Position numbers and translations under genes: made by a program
Notes under the pieces: generated by a model
Databases searched by the model: none
Seen by the model: only the letters and a program-made list of their open reading frames with translations
What the model was told of the DNA's origin: nothing
From: Pseudomonadota bacterium
GTDB taxonomy: Bacteria > Pseudomonadota > Gammaproteobacteria > Burkholderiales > UBA9220
Length of the DNA stretch: 64,000 bases
NCBI GenBank assembly: GCA_021845865.1
Contig: JAJZVC010000011.1
Span: 405-64,404 of the forward strand
Direction of reading: 5' to 3'
Shown here: positions 51,401 to 61,715 of the stretch, piece by piece
Position numbering within the stretch: position 1 is the stretch's first letter
How the letters are laid out: each line of letters starts with the position of its first letter

Positions 51401-52336
51401 TTAAAACCAGAACGCCTTCCCCTTCATCAGGAACTCGACGTGGGGCATGTAGTGGGACCCGTCGCAGGAAAAGGTCAGGCTGATCATGCCGTTGAACAGG
51501 TTGATGGAGGCCATGCGCAGGTAGATGTTCGGGTCGGCCAGGCGCAGGGATTGCATCACGCTCAGAATCTGCCGGATTTCGGCTTGGGGAATCACGGCGT
51601 CCTCGGGGTAGGAGCGGGGAGGGTAGACCAGGCAGATGTCTGGGTCGCTCAGGGCCTCGTGGTCCAGGATGCGGTAGCGGTAGGGGTCGTCCACGGTCCA
51701 AATGGTGGCCTGGCTGCTGGAGAAGTGTATCTGGCACTGGAACACGCCGCGCTGGGCCAGCAGTTCCTCCAGGATGGACATGGCCTGGCCGAGGTTGTGG
51801 TCGAGGGGGCTTTCGACGCGGCACTGCTGGAAGACCGTGCCGCGGATGGACGGGTCGCCCTTGATCTGCCGCCAGTAGCCCGGCTCCTCGTAGAGGCCGG
51901 CGGTCACGGGCAGGCCGCTGAGATCGAAGTCGGCGCCGAGATAGCCGAGGACGGCGGAGCCGCCGCGCACCACCTGGAGGGCGGTGAGGGAGGGGCGGTG
52001 CTTCATCAGGCTGATGTAGGCGTCGGAAAGCAGGAAGCCCCAGGGGGGCACGGCTTCCTTCATGTAGGGCCGGTCGGAGCGGTTGCGGCCGAAATGCTCG
52101 GGCGCCAGCCCTTCCTGGCCGACGTTGTCGCTGATCTGGAGGCCGTCGGTGCCGACGCAGTAGAGGTAGGTGCAATAGGGGATGCTGGGGTAGCCGGCAA
52201 GAAGTATTTCGTTTAGCCGTTCCCGATCACCCCAGGCGGGAGCGCATTGTTCCGCCAGTTGGGCCAGCGGCTCGCGCAGGATGCGCGCCAACTCTTCCCG
52301 TTGCAGATAGATGCTGTCTTTCCATGACGTTTTCAT
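51401..52336 (-). CDS. Soluble protein with a putative PDC/Cache-like sensor domain
   Basis: YLYCVGTDGLQISDN, RNRSDRPY, LSDAYIS..RPSLTA, GYLGADF; no TM segment; host-like codons. Confidence 0.6.
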   Translation of the reverse strand: MKTSWKDSIYLQREELARILREPLAQLAEQCAPAWGDRERLNEILLAGYPSIPYCTYLYCVGTDGLQISDNVGQEGLAPEHFGRNRSDRPYMKEAVPPWGFLLSDAYISLMKHRPSLTALQVVRGGSAVLGYLGADFDLSGLPVTAGLYEEPGYWRQIKGDPSIRGTVFQQCRVESPLDHNLGQAMSILEELLAQRGVFQCQIHFSSSQATIWTVDDPYRYRILDHEALSDPDICLVYPPRSYPEDAVIPQAEIRQILSVMQSLRLADPNIYLRMASINLFNGMISLTFSCDGSHYMPHVEFLMKGKAFWF

Positions 52337-52519
52337 GATGGGGCCGGTGTCTTGCGTGGTTCTTCACGGGGACGGCTCGATGGGGCTGGCGCTGGGGGCG
52401 TCGTGCTTGCGGGGGGCGCCAGCAAGGAAGCCGGGGTCGCTGGATTAGAGGCGGACTTGCTCATGATAGTTCAAGCCAGGGCGGCGGAGAAGAGAATGTT
52501 GGCGTTGCGCGGGGAGAAA

Positions 52520-52552
52520 CCAAGAAGCCCCGCCGGGGGCGGGGCTTCTTGG
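52520..52552 (-). terminator. Intrinsic terminator downstream of metK
   Basis: Perfect 15-bp IR CCAAGAAGCCCCGCC-GGG-GGCGGGGCTTCTTGG; followed by TTTCT on the minus strand. Confidence 0.75.
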
Positions 52553-52572
52553 GCTCCACGGCGGCGCCTAGG

Positions 52573-53739
52573 TTAAATCCCGGCTGCCGAGCGCAGCACG
52601 TCGGCCTTGTCGGTGGCCTCCCAGGAGAATTCCGGCTCGTCCCGGCCAAAGTGGCCGTAGGCGGCGGTCTTCTGGTAGATGGGGCGCAGCAGGTCGAGGG
52701 AGAGGACGATGCCTTTCGGCCGCAGGTCGAAGTGTTCCTCGATCAGCTGGACGATCTTCTCGTCGCTGATCTTGCCGGTGCCGAAGGTATTGACCATCAG
52801 GGACACGGGGCGGGCGACGCCGATGGCGTAGGCCACCTGCACTTCGCAGCGGCGGGCCAAGCCAGCGGCGACGATGTTCTTCGCCACGTAGCGGCCGGCG
52901 TAGGCGGCGGAGCGGTCCACCTTGGAGGGGTCCTTGCCGGAGAAGGCGCCGCCGCCGTGGTGGGCCGCGCCGCCGTAGGTGTCGACGATGATTTTGCGCC
53001 CGGTGAGGCCGCAGTCGCCCTGGGGGCCGCCGACCACGAAGCGGCCGGTGGGGTTGATGAAGTACTTGGTGTCCTGGGTGAACAGGTGCTCGGGGATCAC
53101 CGGCTTGATGATTTCGTCGATCACCGCCTCGGTCAGCTTGTCGTGGCTGATTTCCGGCGCGTGCTGGGTGGAGAGGACGATGGCGTCCACGGACACCGGC
53201 TTGCCGTCCACGTAGCGGAAGGTGACCTGGGATTTGGCGTCCGGGCGCAGCCACGGCAGGCGGCCGTCCTTGCGCACCTCGGCTTGGCGCTGCACCAGGC
53301 GGTGGGCGTAGTAGATGGGAGCGGGCATCAGTTGCGGCGTTTCGTCGCAGGCGTAGCCGAACATCAGGCCCTGGTCGCCGGCGCCCTGCTCGGGGTCGAG
53401 GCCCTGGCCTTCGTTCACGCCCTGGGCGATGTCCGGGGACTGCTTGTCGATGGACACCAGCACGCCGCAGCTGCGGTAGTCGAAGCCGCCAGCGGAGTCG
53501 TCGTAGCCGATGCGCTTGATGGTGTCGCGGGCGATGGCCTGGTAGTCGATGTTGGCGCTGGTGGTGATTTCTCCGGCCAGCACCACCAGGCCGGTGGTCA
53601 CCAGGGTTTCGCAGGCTACCCGGCTGTAGGGGTCCTGCGCTAGAATGGCGTCCAGAACGCCGTCGGAAATCTGGTCGGCCACCTTGTCGGGATGGCCCTC
53701 GGACACTGATTCGGAAGTGAAAAGAAACTCTAGAGACAT
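52573..53739 (-). CDS. metK: S-adenosylmethionine synthetase
   Basis: [35 protein letters not shown]. Confidence 0.97.
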   Translation of the reverse strand: MSLEFLFTSESVSEGHPDKVADQISDGVLDAILAQDPYSRVACETLVTTGLVVLAGEITTSANIDYQAIARDTIKRIGYDDSAGGFDYRSCGVLVSIDKQSPDIAQGVNEGQGLDPEQGAGDQGLMFGYACDETPQLMPAPIYYAHRLVQRQAEVRKDGRLPWLRPDAKSQVTFRYVDGKPVSVDAIVLSTQHAPEISHDKLTEAVIDEIIKPVIPEHLFTQDTKYFINPTGRFVVGGPQGDCGLTGRKIIVDTYGGAAHHGGGAFSGKDPSKVDRSAAYAGRYVAKNIVAAGLARRCEVQVAYAIGVARPVSLMVNTFGTGKISDEKIVQLIEEHFDLRPKGIVLSLDLLRPIYQKTAAYGHFGRDEPEFSWEATDKADVLRSAAGI

Positions 53740-53802
53740 TCCTGCTCCTTTGAAAAACCCCTTGATTCAACCGGCGCAGCCGGCTTCGGGGCGGAAGCAG
53801 GC

Positions 53803-53860
53803 GACGCTTTAGCCGTATTTGTACCCCGCCCGCAAGTTGTCCCTGTTAACTCGGCGGCAG
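53803..53860 (-). ncRNA. SAM-II-like riboswitch upstream of metK
   Basis: Minus strand GCCGCCGAGTTAAC..CTTGCGGGCGG..AAATACGGCTAAAGCG resembles the SAM-II core (GANUUAAC..UUGC..AAAU..GCUAAA). Confidence 0.65.
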
Positions 53861-53906
53861 GGCCATTGTATTTTTTTAGCGCCACTCCGTCAAACCGCCA
53901 CCATCC

Positions 53907-54767
53907 ATGTTTTCCTTGTTGCTCAAAAGCCTAGCCCTGTTCCCCCTGGGGGTATTGCATGCCCTGGGGGCGGCGGCGGGCTGGGCGGTCTACCTGGCTT
54001 CGCCCCGCTACCGGCGGCGCCTGCGGGAGAACCTGCGCCGCAGCGGCTTGTGCCCGGACGAGGCGGCCTACCGGCGCATCCTGCGGCGGACGGTGGCGGA
54101 GGCCGGCAAGAGCGTGCTGGAGCTGCCCGCCATCTGGTTCCGTTCCCACGCCGGGGTGCTGGCCCTGTTGCGGGAGCGCCACGGCTGGGAACATATCGAG
54201 GCGGCCCGCGCCGCCGGCAAGGGGATCATCTTCCTCACCCCCCACATGGGCTGCTTCGAGATCACCAGCCTGGCCTACGCCGAGCGCCATCCCATCGCCA
54301 TCCTCTACCGCCCCCCCAAGCTGCGCTGGCTGGAGCCTCTGCTGCAGTCGGGCCGGGCCCGGGGCCACGCTTCCCTGGCGCCCGCCGACCTGTCCGGGGT
54401 GCGGGCTCTCCTCAAGGCCCTGAAGAAGGGCGAAGCGGCGGGCATCCTGCCGGACCAGGTGCCGGGCGCGGGAGAGGGCGTGTGGGCCCCCTTCTTCGGC
54501 CGGCCGGCGTACACCATGACCCTCGCCGCCCGCCTCGCCCAGACCCGCGGCGTGGCGGTCCTGATGGCCTTCGGCGAGCGGCTGTCCTGGGGGCGGGGCT
54601 ACCGCCTGTGGGTGGAGCCCTGCCTGGCCGACCTGTCCGGCGCACCCGCCGAGGCGGCGGCGGCCCTGAACCGGGAAATCGAGCGCATTGTGGCGCGCAA
54701 GCCCGAGCAGTACCTGTGGAGCTACAACCGCTACAAGACGCCCCGGGGCGCGGAGCCGCCGCCATGA
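53907..54767 (+). CDS. Lipid A late acyltransferase family protein
   Basis: FLTPHMGCFE, ILPDQVP, PFFG, PEQYLWSYNRYK. Confidence 0.85.
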   Translation: MFSLLLKSLALFPLGVLHALGAAAGWAVYLASPRYRRRLRENLRRSGLCPDEAAYRRILRRTVAEAGKSVLELPAIWFRSHAGVLALLRERHGWEHIEAARAAGKGIIFLTPHMGCFEITSLAYAERHPIAILYRPPKLRWLEPLLQSGRARGHASLAPADLSGVRALLKALKKGEAAGILPDQVPGAGEGVWAPFFGRPAYTMTLAARLAQTRGVAVLMAFGERLSWGRGYRLWVEPCLADLSGAPAEAAAALNREIERIVARKPEQYLWSYNRYKTPRGAEPPP

Positions 54768-55636
54768 TGGTGCGCCTGGGGCTGTTCCTGATCTGGCTGC
54801 TGCATTTTCTGCCGTTGCCCCTGCTGGCGGCGGCGGGTCGTGGTTTCGGCCTGCTGCTTTACGCCCTTGGCCGGGAGCGCCGGCGGGTGGCGCGGACCAA
54901 CCTGCGCCTGTGCTTCCCCGCCATGAACGAGAAGGAGCGGGAGGTCCTGGTGCGGCGGCATTTCCAGGCCTTCGGCCGCAGCCTCCTGGAGCGGGGGCTG
55001 GCCTGGTGGGCATCCCCCGCCCGCCTCGGGCGCTTGATCCAGGTGGAAGGGCGGGAACATCTGGCGGCCCTGGAAGGGAAGCCGGTCATTCTCCTCGCCC
55101 CCCACTTCGTCGGCCTGGACATGGGCTGGAGCCGCCTTACCCTGGAGCGCCCCCTGGCCTCCATGTACAGCAACCAGAAGAACCCCGTTTTCAACCGCCG
55201 CATGCTGGCGGGGCGCAGCCGTTTCAACGGACCGGTGCTGGTGTCCCGCCAGGAGGGCCTGCGCCCCATCCTGCGGGCCCTGAAGGAAGGGCGGCCGTTC
55301 TATTACCTGCCGGACATGGATTACGGCCCCCGGGACGCGTTTTTCGTGCCCTTTTTCGGCGTGCCCGCCGCCACCATTTCCGGCCTGCCCCGGCTGGCGG
55401 CCATGGCCGGGGCGGCGGTGGTGCCCTGCGTCACCCGCCAGTTGCCGGGGGGGAGGGGCTACGCGGTGCGCTTCTACCCGTCCTGGGACGCTTACCCCTC
55501 CGCCGAGGTGGAGGGCGATGTGCGGCGGATGAACGCCTTCATCGAGGAACGGGTGAGGGAGATGCCGGAACAGTACTTCTGGCTCCACAAGCGCTTCAAG
55601 ACCCGCCCCGAAGGGGAAGAAAGGCTTTATTCCTGA
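54764..55636 (+). CDS. lpxL: Lipid A lauroyl acyltransferase (LpxL/HtrB family)
   Basis: APHFVGLD, YLPDMDYG, FVPFFG, PEQYFWLHKRFKTRP. Confidence 0.82.
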   Translation: MMVRLGLFLIWLLHFLPLPLLAAAGRGFGLLLYALGRERRRVARTNLRLCFPAMNEKEREVLVRRHFQAFGRSLLERGLAWWASPARLGRLIQVEGREHLAALEGKPVILLAPHFVGLDMGWSRLTLERPLASMYSNQKNPVFNRRMLAGRSRFNGPVLVSRQEGLRPILRALKEGRPFYYLPDMDYGPRDAFFVPFFGVPAATISGLPRLAAMAGAAVVPCVTRQLPGGRGYAVRFYPSWDAYPSAEVEGDVRRMNAFIEERVREMPEQYFWLHKRFKTRPEGEERLYS

Positions 55637-56295
55637 TGGAACGGATAGCCGAGCCGGATTTGATGGACGACGCCGAGCAGGCGGAGGCCTATGCCACGGC
55701 GGATTTCTCCGAGCCCCACGACGCCTTCGTGGCCCACTTCCGCGCCCGTTTCCCCGCCTTCGCGACGGGAGAGGTGCTGGATCTGGGTTGCGGACCGGCG
55801 GACGTGAGCATCCGCTTCTGCCAGGCCTACCCCGGCGTTCGCCTGACCGGGGTGGACGGGGCGGAGGCGATGCTGGCCTGGGGGCGCCGGATGGTGGCGG
55901 AGAAGGGCCTCGCCCACCGTCTCGCCCTGCGCCGCTGCTACCTGCCGGACGAGGGGCTGGGGACGGCCCGTTTCGACGGCGTGATTTCCAACAGCCTGCT
56001 GCACCACCTGCAGGACCCCGCCGTCCTGTGGCAAACCGTGCGGCAGGCGGCCCGCTCCGGCTCGCCGGTGCTGGTGATGGACCTGATGCGGCCCGCCAGC
56101 CCCGCCGAGGCGGAGCGCCTTGCCGCCCTTTACGCCGCCGGCGCGCCAGCGGTGCTGCGGCGGGATTTTTACCATTCCCTGTTCGCCGCCTACCGGCCGG
56201 CGGAAGTGGAGCAACAACTGGCGGCGGCCGGCTTGTCCGGCTTCCGCGTCGAGGCGGTGAGCGACCGCCATCTGCTTGCCTGGGGGACCCTATGA
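55636..56295 (+). CDS. Class I SAM-dependent methyltransferase
   Basis: EPDLMDD..QAEAYA.ADF, LDLGCGPAD, SNSLLHHL; TGATG overlap. Confidence 0.82.
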   Translation: MERIAEPDLMDDAEQAEAYATADFSEPHDAFVAHFRARFPAFATGEVLDLGCGPADVSIRFCQAYPGVRLTGVDGAEAMLAWGRRMVAEKGLAHRLALRRCYLPDEGLGTARFDGVISNSLLHHLQDPAVLWQTVRQAARSGSPVLVMDLMRPASPAEAERLAALYAAGAPAVLRRDFYHSLFAAYRPAEVEQQLAAAGLSGFRVEAVSDRHLLAWGTL

Positions 56296-56708
56296 GCTTT
56301 CGCAATCCCGACGACGCCCAGCGCCGCGAGCTGCTGCAACGGGTGAAAACCATCGCCGTGGTGGGGCTGTCCCCCAAGGCGGACCGGCCCAGCTACGCCG
56401 TGGCCCAGGCCCTGCAGCGCTTCGGCTACCGCGTCATTCCGGTGCGGCCGGCCCTGGACGAGGTGTTGGGGGAGAAGGCCTACCCCAGCCTCCGGGACGT
56501 GCCGGAGAAAATCGACTTGGTGGACGTGTTCCGCGCCGCCGAGCACATCGATGCCGTGGTGGACGAATGCCTGGCCTTGGGCTTGCCGGCGGTGTGGATC
56601 CAGGAGGGCATCGTCAACGAGGCGGCCGCCGAACGGGCGCAAGCGGCGGGCATGACGGTGGTGATGGACCGCTGCATCTACAAGGACTGCGTGGCGCTGC
56701 TTTCCTGA
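56292..56708 (+). CDS. CoA-binding protein (YccU-like)
   Basis: TIAVVGLS...RPSY, LVDVFR, VWIQEG, VMDRC. Confidence 0.88.
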   Translation: MSFRNPDDAQRRELLQRVKTIAVVGLSPKADRPSYAVAQALQRFGYRVIPVRPALDEVLGEKAYPSLRDVPEKIDLVDVFRAAEHIDAVVDECLALGLPAVWIQEGIVNEAAAERAQAAGMTVVMDRCIYKDCVALLS

Positions 56709-59290
56709 CCGGTCCGGCGGGGCGGGGTGAGGGGGAAGGTAACGGTGAAGCGGACGCCGCAGGGGGTGTTGGCGAAGGCGATTTCCCCGCCCATGTGCTG
56801 TTCGAGGATGATTCGCGCCATGTAGAGGCCGATGCCGGTGCCCATTTCCTTGGTGGTGAAGTAGGGATCGAAGATGCGCTCGGCGATTTCCGGCGGGATG
56901 CCGCCGCCGTTGTCCTCCACGGTGAGGGTGGCCCGTTGGCCGTCGCTGCTCAGGCCGACCAGGATGAAGGGGCTGGCGACGGCCCGTTCCAGGCAGGCGT
57001 CCTTGGCGTTCATGATCAGATTCAGCACCACCTGCCCCAGCTCGTTGGACGAGCCGTAGGCCTGGATGCCAGGCGGAGCGGCCACCTCCAGGCGGATGTC
57101 GTGGTTGGCCAGGCTGGCGCGGACCAGGCCCACCGTCTCGTCGATGGCCTCCCCGACGTCGAAGGCTTCCGGGTTTTCCTGGAGGCGGAAGAAGTTGCGG
57201 AAGTCGTCGATGGTGGTGGACATCTTCTGGATCAGCTTCTTGCCCGTGGCCATGGTTTCCTCCAGGGTTGCCCGGTCCAGTTCGCCGTAGTCGAAAGCGT
57301 CGTGGATATTGGCCAGGAGGAGAGCGAGGGCGTTGAGGGGCTGGCGCCACTGGTGGGCGATGGCGCTGACCATCTCGCCCATGGCGGCGTGGCGGGATTG
57401 CTGCAGCATCAGGCGTTCCTTGAGGAGATTTTCTTCCGTCTGCTGGCGCACCCGTTCTTCCAGATGGGCGTTCAAATCCCGCAGGGCCTGTTCCGTGCGT
57501 TTCAATTCGGAAATGTCGGCCACGGCCACGACGCCGCCGATTACCTCGCCCTTGCTGCCCCGTACCGGGACGTAGGTGCCGGTGGTGTAGGTGATTTCGC
57601 CGCCACCGAGATCGGCGGCTTCGTCGAAGCTCACCAGTTCGCCTTCCAGGCAGCGGGCGACGTAGGGGGCATGGCCCAGGGCCAGGGCGGGGGGAAGCAC
57701 CTCGGCGAAGCGGGCGCCCTCGATTTCCTCGACCGGCTTGCCGAAGGTTTCCGCGTAGCGGCGGTTGGCGACGATATAGCGCCCTTCCCGGTCGAAATAG
57801 GAAATCCACATCGGCGCGTAGTCGATCATGGTGCGCAGCACCTGGCGGCTTTCCGCCAGCCGCTCCTCGGCTTGGCGGCGGGCGGTGATGTCCACCCCGA
57901 CGCTGACGATGTAATCCACGTCCCCCTGACCGTTCAGGAGCACGGCGTTGGACCAGTCGAACAGGCGCCGGGAGCCGTCCCGCATCAGCCAGTGGTTTTC
58001 GTAACGGCTGACGACCTGTCCCGCCTTGATATCCTCGAACACGGCCAGGACGGCCTCCCGTTCCTCCGGCGGCAGGAAAGGTTCCCAGAACGGGGTATCG
58101 GCGACGTCGGCGAAAGCGTAGCCGGTCAACTCCTCCGCCGCGCGGTTGAAGCGCACGATGCGGCCACGGCGGTCGAGCACCACCACCACGGTATTGGCCC
58201 GTTCCATCACGGCCTGGATGAAATCCCGCTCGCGGCGCAAGGATTCGAGGGTTTCGCGCAGGCGGGCGGTCATGCTGTTGAAGGCGTCGGCCATTTCCCC
58301 CACTTCGTCGTCGCGGGTCACGTCCACCCGCCGGGCGAGGTCGCCGTCGCGGATGGCGCGGGCGGCGGTGGCCACCTGCTGGATGGGATGGACGATGTGG
58401 CGGAGCGCGGCATAGAAGAGGGCGAGGGCAATGGCCAGGGCGAGCAGGGTCACCAGGCCGACGATCTTGAGGCCGGTAAGGGCCGGAATCAGGGCCTCCT
58501 TGGCCGCGCGTTCGACCACCACGGTGAAGGATTGCTGCCCCAGCGGCGCGATTTGGGTGGCGATGAAGGCGTCTTCTCCCCCCAGGCCGGTCTGCCGTTG
58601 CCGCCCGAGTTGGATGGCAGCCCGGGTTTCGCGCAGGACGACGGAGGGATTGCGGTGGGCGATGACCCGCTGCTGGGCATCGAGGATGTAAACCTCCTCG
58701 CCCGGGTCGAGATTCAGGTCGGAAATCATTTCCCAGATGGCCTTGACCCGAACCTGAAGGGCCAGGACGCCGACGGGCTTGCCGCTGAGGGGCGCGGTCA
58801 CCGGCCGGCCAATATTCATCAGGGGCTCGCCGCTGGCGGCGTCGTAATAGATGGGGCCGAAATAAGCCTGGCCATTGCCCAGGGCGTGCTGGAAGAAGTC
58901 CGCGGCGCCGTTTTCCGAGGCGTGGGCAAAGCTCGCATGGACGCGCGATACGTGCAGCCGCTCCCGCCCGTCGGCGCTCTGGTACCGGACTTCGCGGATG
59001 AAGGCGTTGCGGGCCAGCATCCGGGACATTACCCGCTGTTTTTCCTGGCCGCGCAGCGCCGAGAAATGAGACAGGGTATCGGCATCCTCCAGCCGCAGGT
59101 CGAAGCGCTGCAGGAAAGCCCCGAGCTGGACGGCCAAGCGCTGGGCCATTTGCTGCTGGCGGTCGTAGGAGTCGGCCAGATGGAGGGTGTAGGTGTGCCA
59201 GCCGAGGAGCCCGCCCGCCAGCAGCGTCGGCAGGAGGGCCAAGCCGACGAAGGCGGCGATAAGGCGGTTGCGCAGGGAATGCTCAAACAT
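56678..59290 (-). CDS. Membrane sensor histidine kinase (Cache-HAMP-PAS-PAS-HisKA-HATPase)
   Basis: Two TMs around a periplasmic domain; DEVGEMADAFN (HAMP); two PAS domains; AIAHQWRQPLN, DNGGGIP, GTGIGL. Confidence 0.88.
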   Translation of the reverse strand: MFEHSLRNRLIAAFVGLALLPTLLAGGLLGWHTYTLHLADSYDRQQQMAQRLAVQLGAFLQRFDLRLEDADTLSHFSALRGQEKQRVMSRMLARNAFIREVRYQSADGRERLHVSRVHASFAHASENGAADFFQHALGNGQAYFGPIYYDAASGEPLMNIGRPVTAPLSGKPVGVLALQVRVKAIWEMISDLNLDPGEEVYILDAQQRVIAHRNPSVVLRETRAAIQLGRQRQTGLGGEDAFIATQIAPLGQQSFTVVVERAAKEALIPALTGLKIVGLVTLLALAIALALFYAALRHIVHPIQQVATAARAIRDGDLARRVDVTRDDEVGEMADAFNSMTARLRETLESLRRERDFIQAVMERANTVVVVLDRRGRIVRFNRAAEELTGYAFADVADTPFWEPFLPPEEREAVLAVFEDIKAGQVVSRYENHWLMRDGSRRLFDWSNAVLLNGQGDVDYIVSVGVDITARRQAEERLAESRQVLRTMIDYAPMWISYFDREGRYIVANRRYAETFGKPVEEIEGARFAEVLPPALALGHAPYVARCLEGELVSFDEAADLGGGEITYTTGTYVPVRGSKGEVIGGVVAVADISELKRTEQALRDLNAHLEERVRQQTEENLLKERLMLQQSRHAAMGEMVSAIAHQWRQPLNALALLLANIHDAFDYGELDRATLEETMATGKKLIQKMSTTIDDFRNFFRLQENPEAFDVGEAIDETVGLVRASLANHDIRLEVAAPPGIQAYGSSNELGQVVLNLIMNAKDACLERAVASPFILVGLSSDGQRATLTVEDNGGGIPPEIAERIFDPYFTTKEMGTGIGLYMARIILEQHMGGEIAFANTPCGVRFTVTFPLTPPRRTGQESSATQSL

Positions 59291-59305
59291 GGCGGGCTTT
59301 CGGCG

Positions 59306-60295
59306 TCATGGACGGATCACCACTTCCGCCTGCAGGACGATATCGCTGGGGATGCTCAACCCGATGGCGCGGGCGGTGCGCAGATTGATGGCGAGTTGGC
59401 TATCCGCCGCTTCCACGGGGAGGTCGGCCGCGGAGGCGCCGCGCAGGATTTGGACGGCAAGGCGCGCCGCCTGGCGGCCGATCTGGCGGTGGGAGAAGCC
59501 GTAGCTGAACAGGGCGCCGGCCTCGGTCTGCGACAGGCTGGGAGCGCATAAGGGAAGCTTGCGCCGCAGGGACAGGGCGACGAAATCCTTGATGCGGGAC
59601 TCCACCGTGCTGTCCCGGGGCAGGAAAATGGCGTCCGCTTCCCTGGGCAGGGCCGCAAGGGCCGCGGGAATTTCGCCGGGGGCATGGATTGCCTGCGGCA
59701 GGAGGGTGATTCCGAGGGCTGGCGCGGCCTGCCGGACCAGGGCGAGGGAGGTCAGGGCGCTCTTGTCGGCGGGATTGTAGGGCAGATAGACGTGTTTTGC
59801 CCGGGGGGCGATGCGGGTCAGCCATTCCAGGCGCAGGTCGTCGCCCAGGGGAAGGCGGATGCCGGTCAACTGGCCGCCAGGGGCTTTCAGGCTGGCGACG
59901 ATGCCGGCGGCAACGGGGTCGTTGACGGGGGCGAACACCACCGGAATGCCTGTTGCCGCCACGGCCTTCTTTACCGCCAGGGTGGCGGGGGTGCTGGAGA
60001 CGAAAATCAGATCGGGTTTTTTCGCCAAGTGTTGGCGGATCGCCGGCCCCAGATTGTCGATGGTGCCAGCGGGGCCGTTGTAGAGGTAGGTCACGTCCTT
60101 GCCCTCCCGGTAGCCGAGGGCCGCCATTCCTTCCTTGAAGCCTTTCAGGGTCTGGGCATCCACGGCGGTGAGCTGGATCACGCTGATAAGCCACGGCTTC
60201 CTGGCGGCGTCCCGGGGGCCCGAGACCAGCCAAAAGCCCCCGGCCGCCAGCGCGGCGGCAAGGAGGAAGAGAGATATCCACGTTCTACGAGCCAT
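59306..60295 (-). CDS. ABC-type substrate-binding protein (ABC_sub_bind-like)
   Basis: GFKEGMAALGY.EG, IPVVFAPVNDPV.AGIV.SL..PGG.LTG, INLRTARAIGL. Confidence 0.85.
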   Translation of the reverse strand: MARRTWISLFLLAAALAAGGFWLVSGPRDAARKPWLISVIQLTAVDAQTLKGFKEGMAALGYREGKDVTYLYNGPAGTIDNLGPAIRQHLAKKPDLIFVSSTPATLAVKKAVAATGIPVVFAPVNDPVAAGIVASLKAPGGQLTGIRLPLGDDLRLEWLTRIAPRAKHVYLPYNPADKSALTSLALVRQAAPALGITLLPQAIHAPGEIPAALAALPREADAIFLPRDSTVESRIKDFVALSLRRKLPLCAPSLSQTEAGALFSYGFSHRQIGRQAARLAVQILRGASAADLPVEAADSQLAINLRTARAIGLSIPSDIVLQAEVVIRP

Positions 60296-60327
60296 CGTCC
60301 GGTCCCATGAACTCTCGCGCTTCCGGG

Positions 60328-61644
60328 CTACCACGAGGTTTCCAGCTGGAAACCGGCATTCCAGCCGCCGGTGCCGCTGCTGAAAACGGGGCCGCCCACC
60401 TGTCCCCGGAAGGCCTCGGACCAGCCGGCCCGGGTGACATAGGCACGGAGGGCGGGACGGGAAAAGAACGCGCTGCGGGGCGTCCATTCCATGGCGGCGG
60501 TGAATTTCCACAAACCGCCCTGGGTGCGGGCGGCATGGTTGGTAACCCGGTCGTAGCCCGCCTCGCCCACCAGCCGCCAATGATCACCGAGAAACAGCAT
60601 GGGGCGGGCGCCCAGGCTGAGCCAGGTGCTGTCCGTGCCGTCGAAGGCGGCATGGTCCCGCCTCTCCCACACCAAGGCGCTTTGCATTGCCCAGCGGCGG
60701 CCTTCGTAAAGGTGGAAATCCACCACGCGCCAGGTCTCGGCCGCCTCCAGGGCGGCGGCGCTGGCCGGGGTGGTTAGCCGGGCCAGGGCGGCGGCGGTCT
60801 CCGTCGGCGTGTTCCAGGCGCTGCGGGCGGCGCCCTTGCCGTATTGCAGAGCCAGGGTGTTGGTGCCGCCGGCGAAGCCTTCCTGGCGGTGCTGAACGGT
60901 GGCCGCCCAGCCGCGGGCGCCGTAGAGGGTCACGGGACCGCTGCCGCCGCTGAAGGAAGCTCCCGATATTTCGGCGTGGCGCCAGTCGAGCATCAGCGTG
61001 CCGCCAGGGTTGATCTTGATGTTGTGCAAGCCCAGTTCGTGGTTGCGCAGGGCGACCTTGTTCTCCGGCCAGGAGAGGCCGAGGCCGGCGGGGGTGTCGT
61101 GCATCTGCAGGTAGGTGTAGGCCAGGCCGCCGATGCCGAAAGGGATGTCGCGCACGCCGAATCCGTCGCCCTTCAGGTTCATGTAGAAATAGTCGTTGAT
61201 GTGGATGTCGCGGCGCTGGTAGTAGCGCCGCCCGAACCAGAGCTTGGCGGGAGTGCCCCGCAGGTTGCCGACCTCGACGTAGGCCTGGGCCAGGGTCTGG
61301 TATTCGAGGGCGTCGCCGTAGGGGCCCTTGAATTCCGGCTGCGCCTCGGCGCGGACGTAAGGCGCGCTGTCGCCTTCGGCCAGTTGATGGCGGTAGTAGA
61401 GGCTGGCCCGCCCGTACACCTCGCATTCGTTGCCCAGGCGGTACTTTGCCCCCGCCCCGGGGGCCTGGAAGCAAACCTGGTTCTGGCTGCCTGAATTTCC
61501 CCCGCCGGCACGCAGGTAGCCAACGGAACCGATTTCGTCGGCGCCTTCCCGCCACAGGGCGGCGCCCGTGGCGGACATGGGGGAGGAAAGTCCCAACAGG
61601 GACACGCCTAGCACCGCGGCCGACCTGCCTGGACGAAGCGCCAT
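60328..61644 (-). CDS. LamB/maltoporin-family porin
   Basis: GYLRAG, KYRLGNECEVYG, WFGRRYYQR.DIHINDYFY, RPALRAY, GFQLETSW C-terminus. Confidence 0.85.
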   Translation of the reverse strand: MALRPGRSAAVLGVSLLGLSSPMSATGAALWREGADEIGSVGYLRAGGGNSGSQNQVCFQAPGAGAKYRLGNECEVYGRASLYYRHQLAEGDSAPYVRAEAQPEFKGPYGDALEYQTLAQAYVEVGNLRGTPAKLWFGRRYYQRRDIHINDYFYMNLKGDGFGVRDIPFGIGGLAYTYLQMHDTPAGLGLSWPENKVALRNHELGLHNIKINPGGTLMLDWRHAEISGASFSGGSGPVTLYGARGWAATVQHRQEGFAGGTNTLALQYGKGAARSAWNTPTETAAALARLTTPASAAALEAAETWRVVDFHLYEGRRWAMQSALVWERRDHAAFDGTDSTWLSLGARPMLFLGDHWRLVGEAGYDRVTNHAARTQGGLWKFTAAMEWTPRSAFFSRPALRAYVTRAGWSEAFRGQVGGPVFSSGTGGWNAGFQLETSW

Positions 61645-61715
61645 GTTTGTAATTTTCTCCCTTTGGGGCGCGGCAGGGATTCCGCGCCCGGTTGCAATGC
61701 ACTCACCAAGTATAG

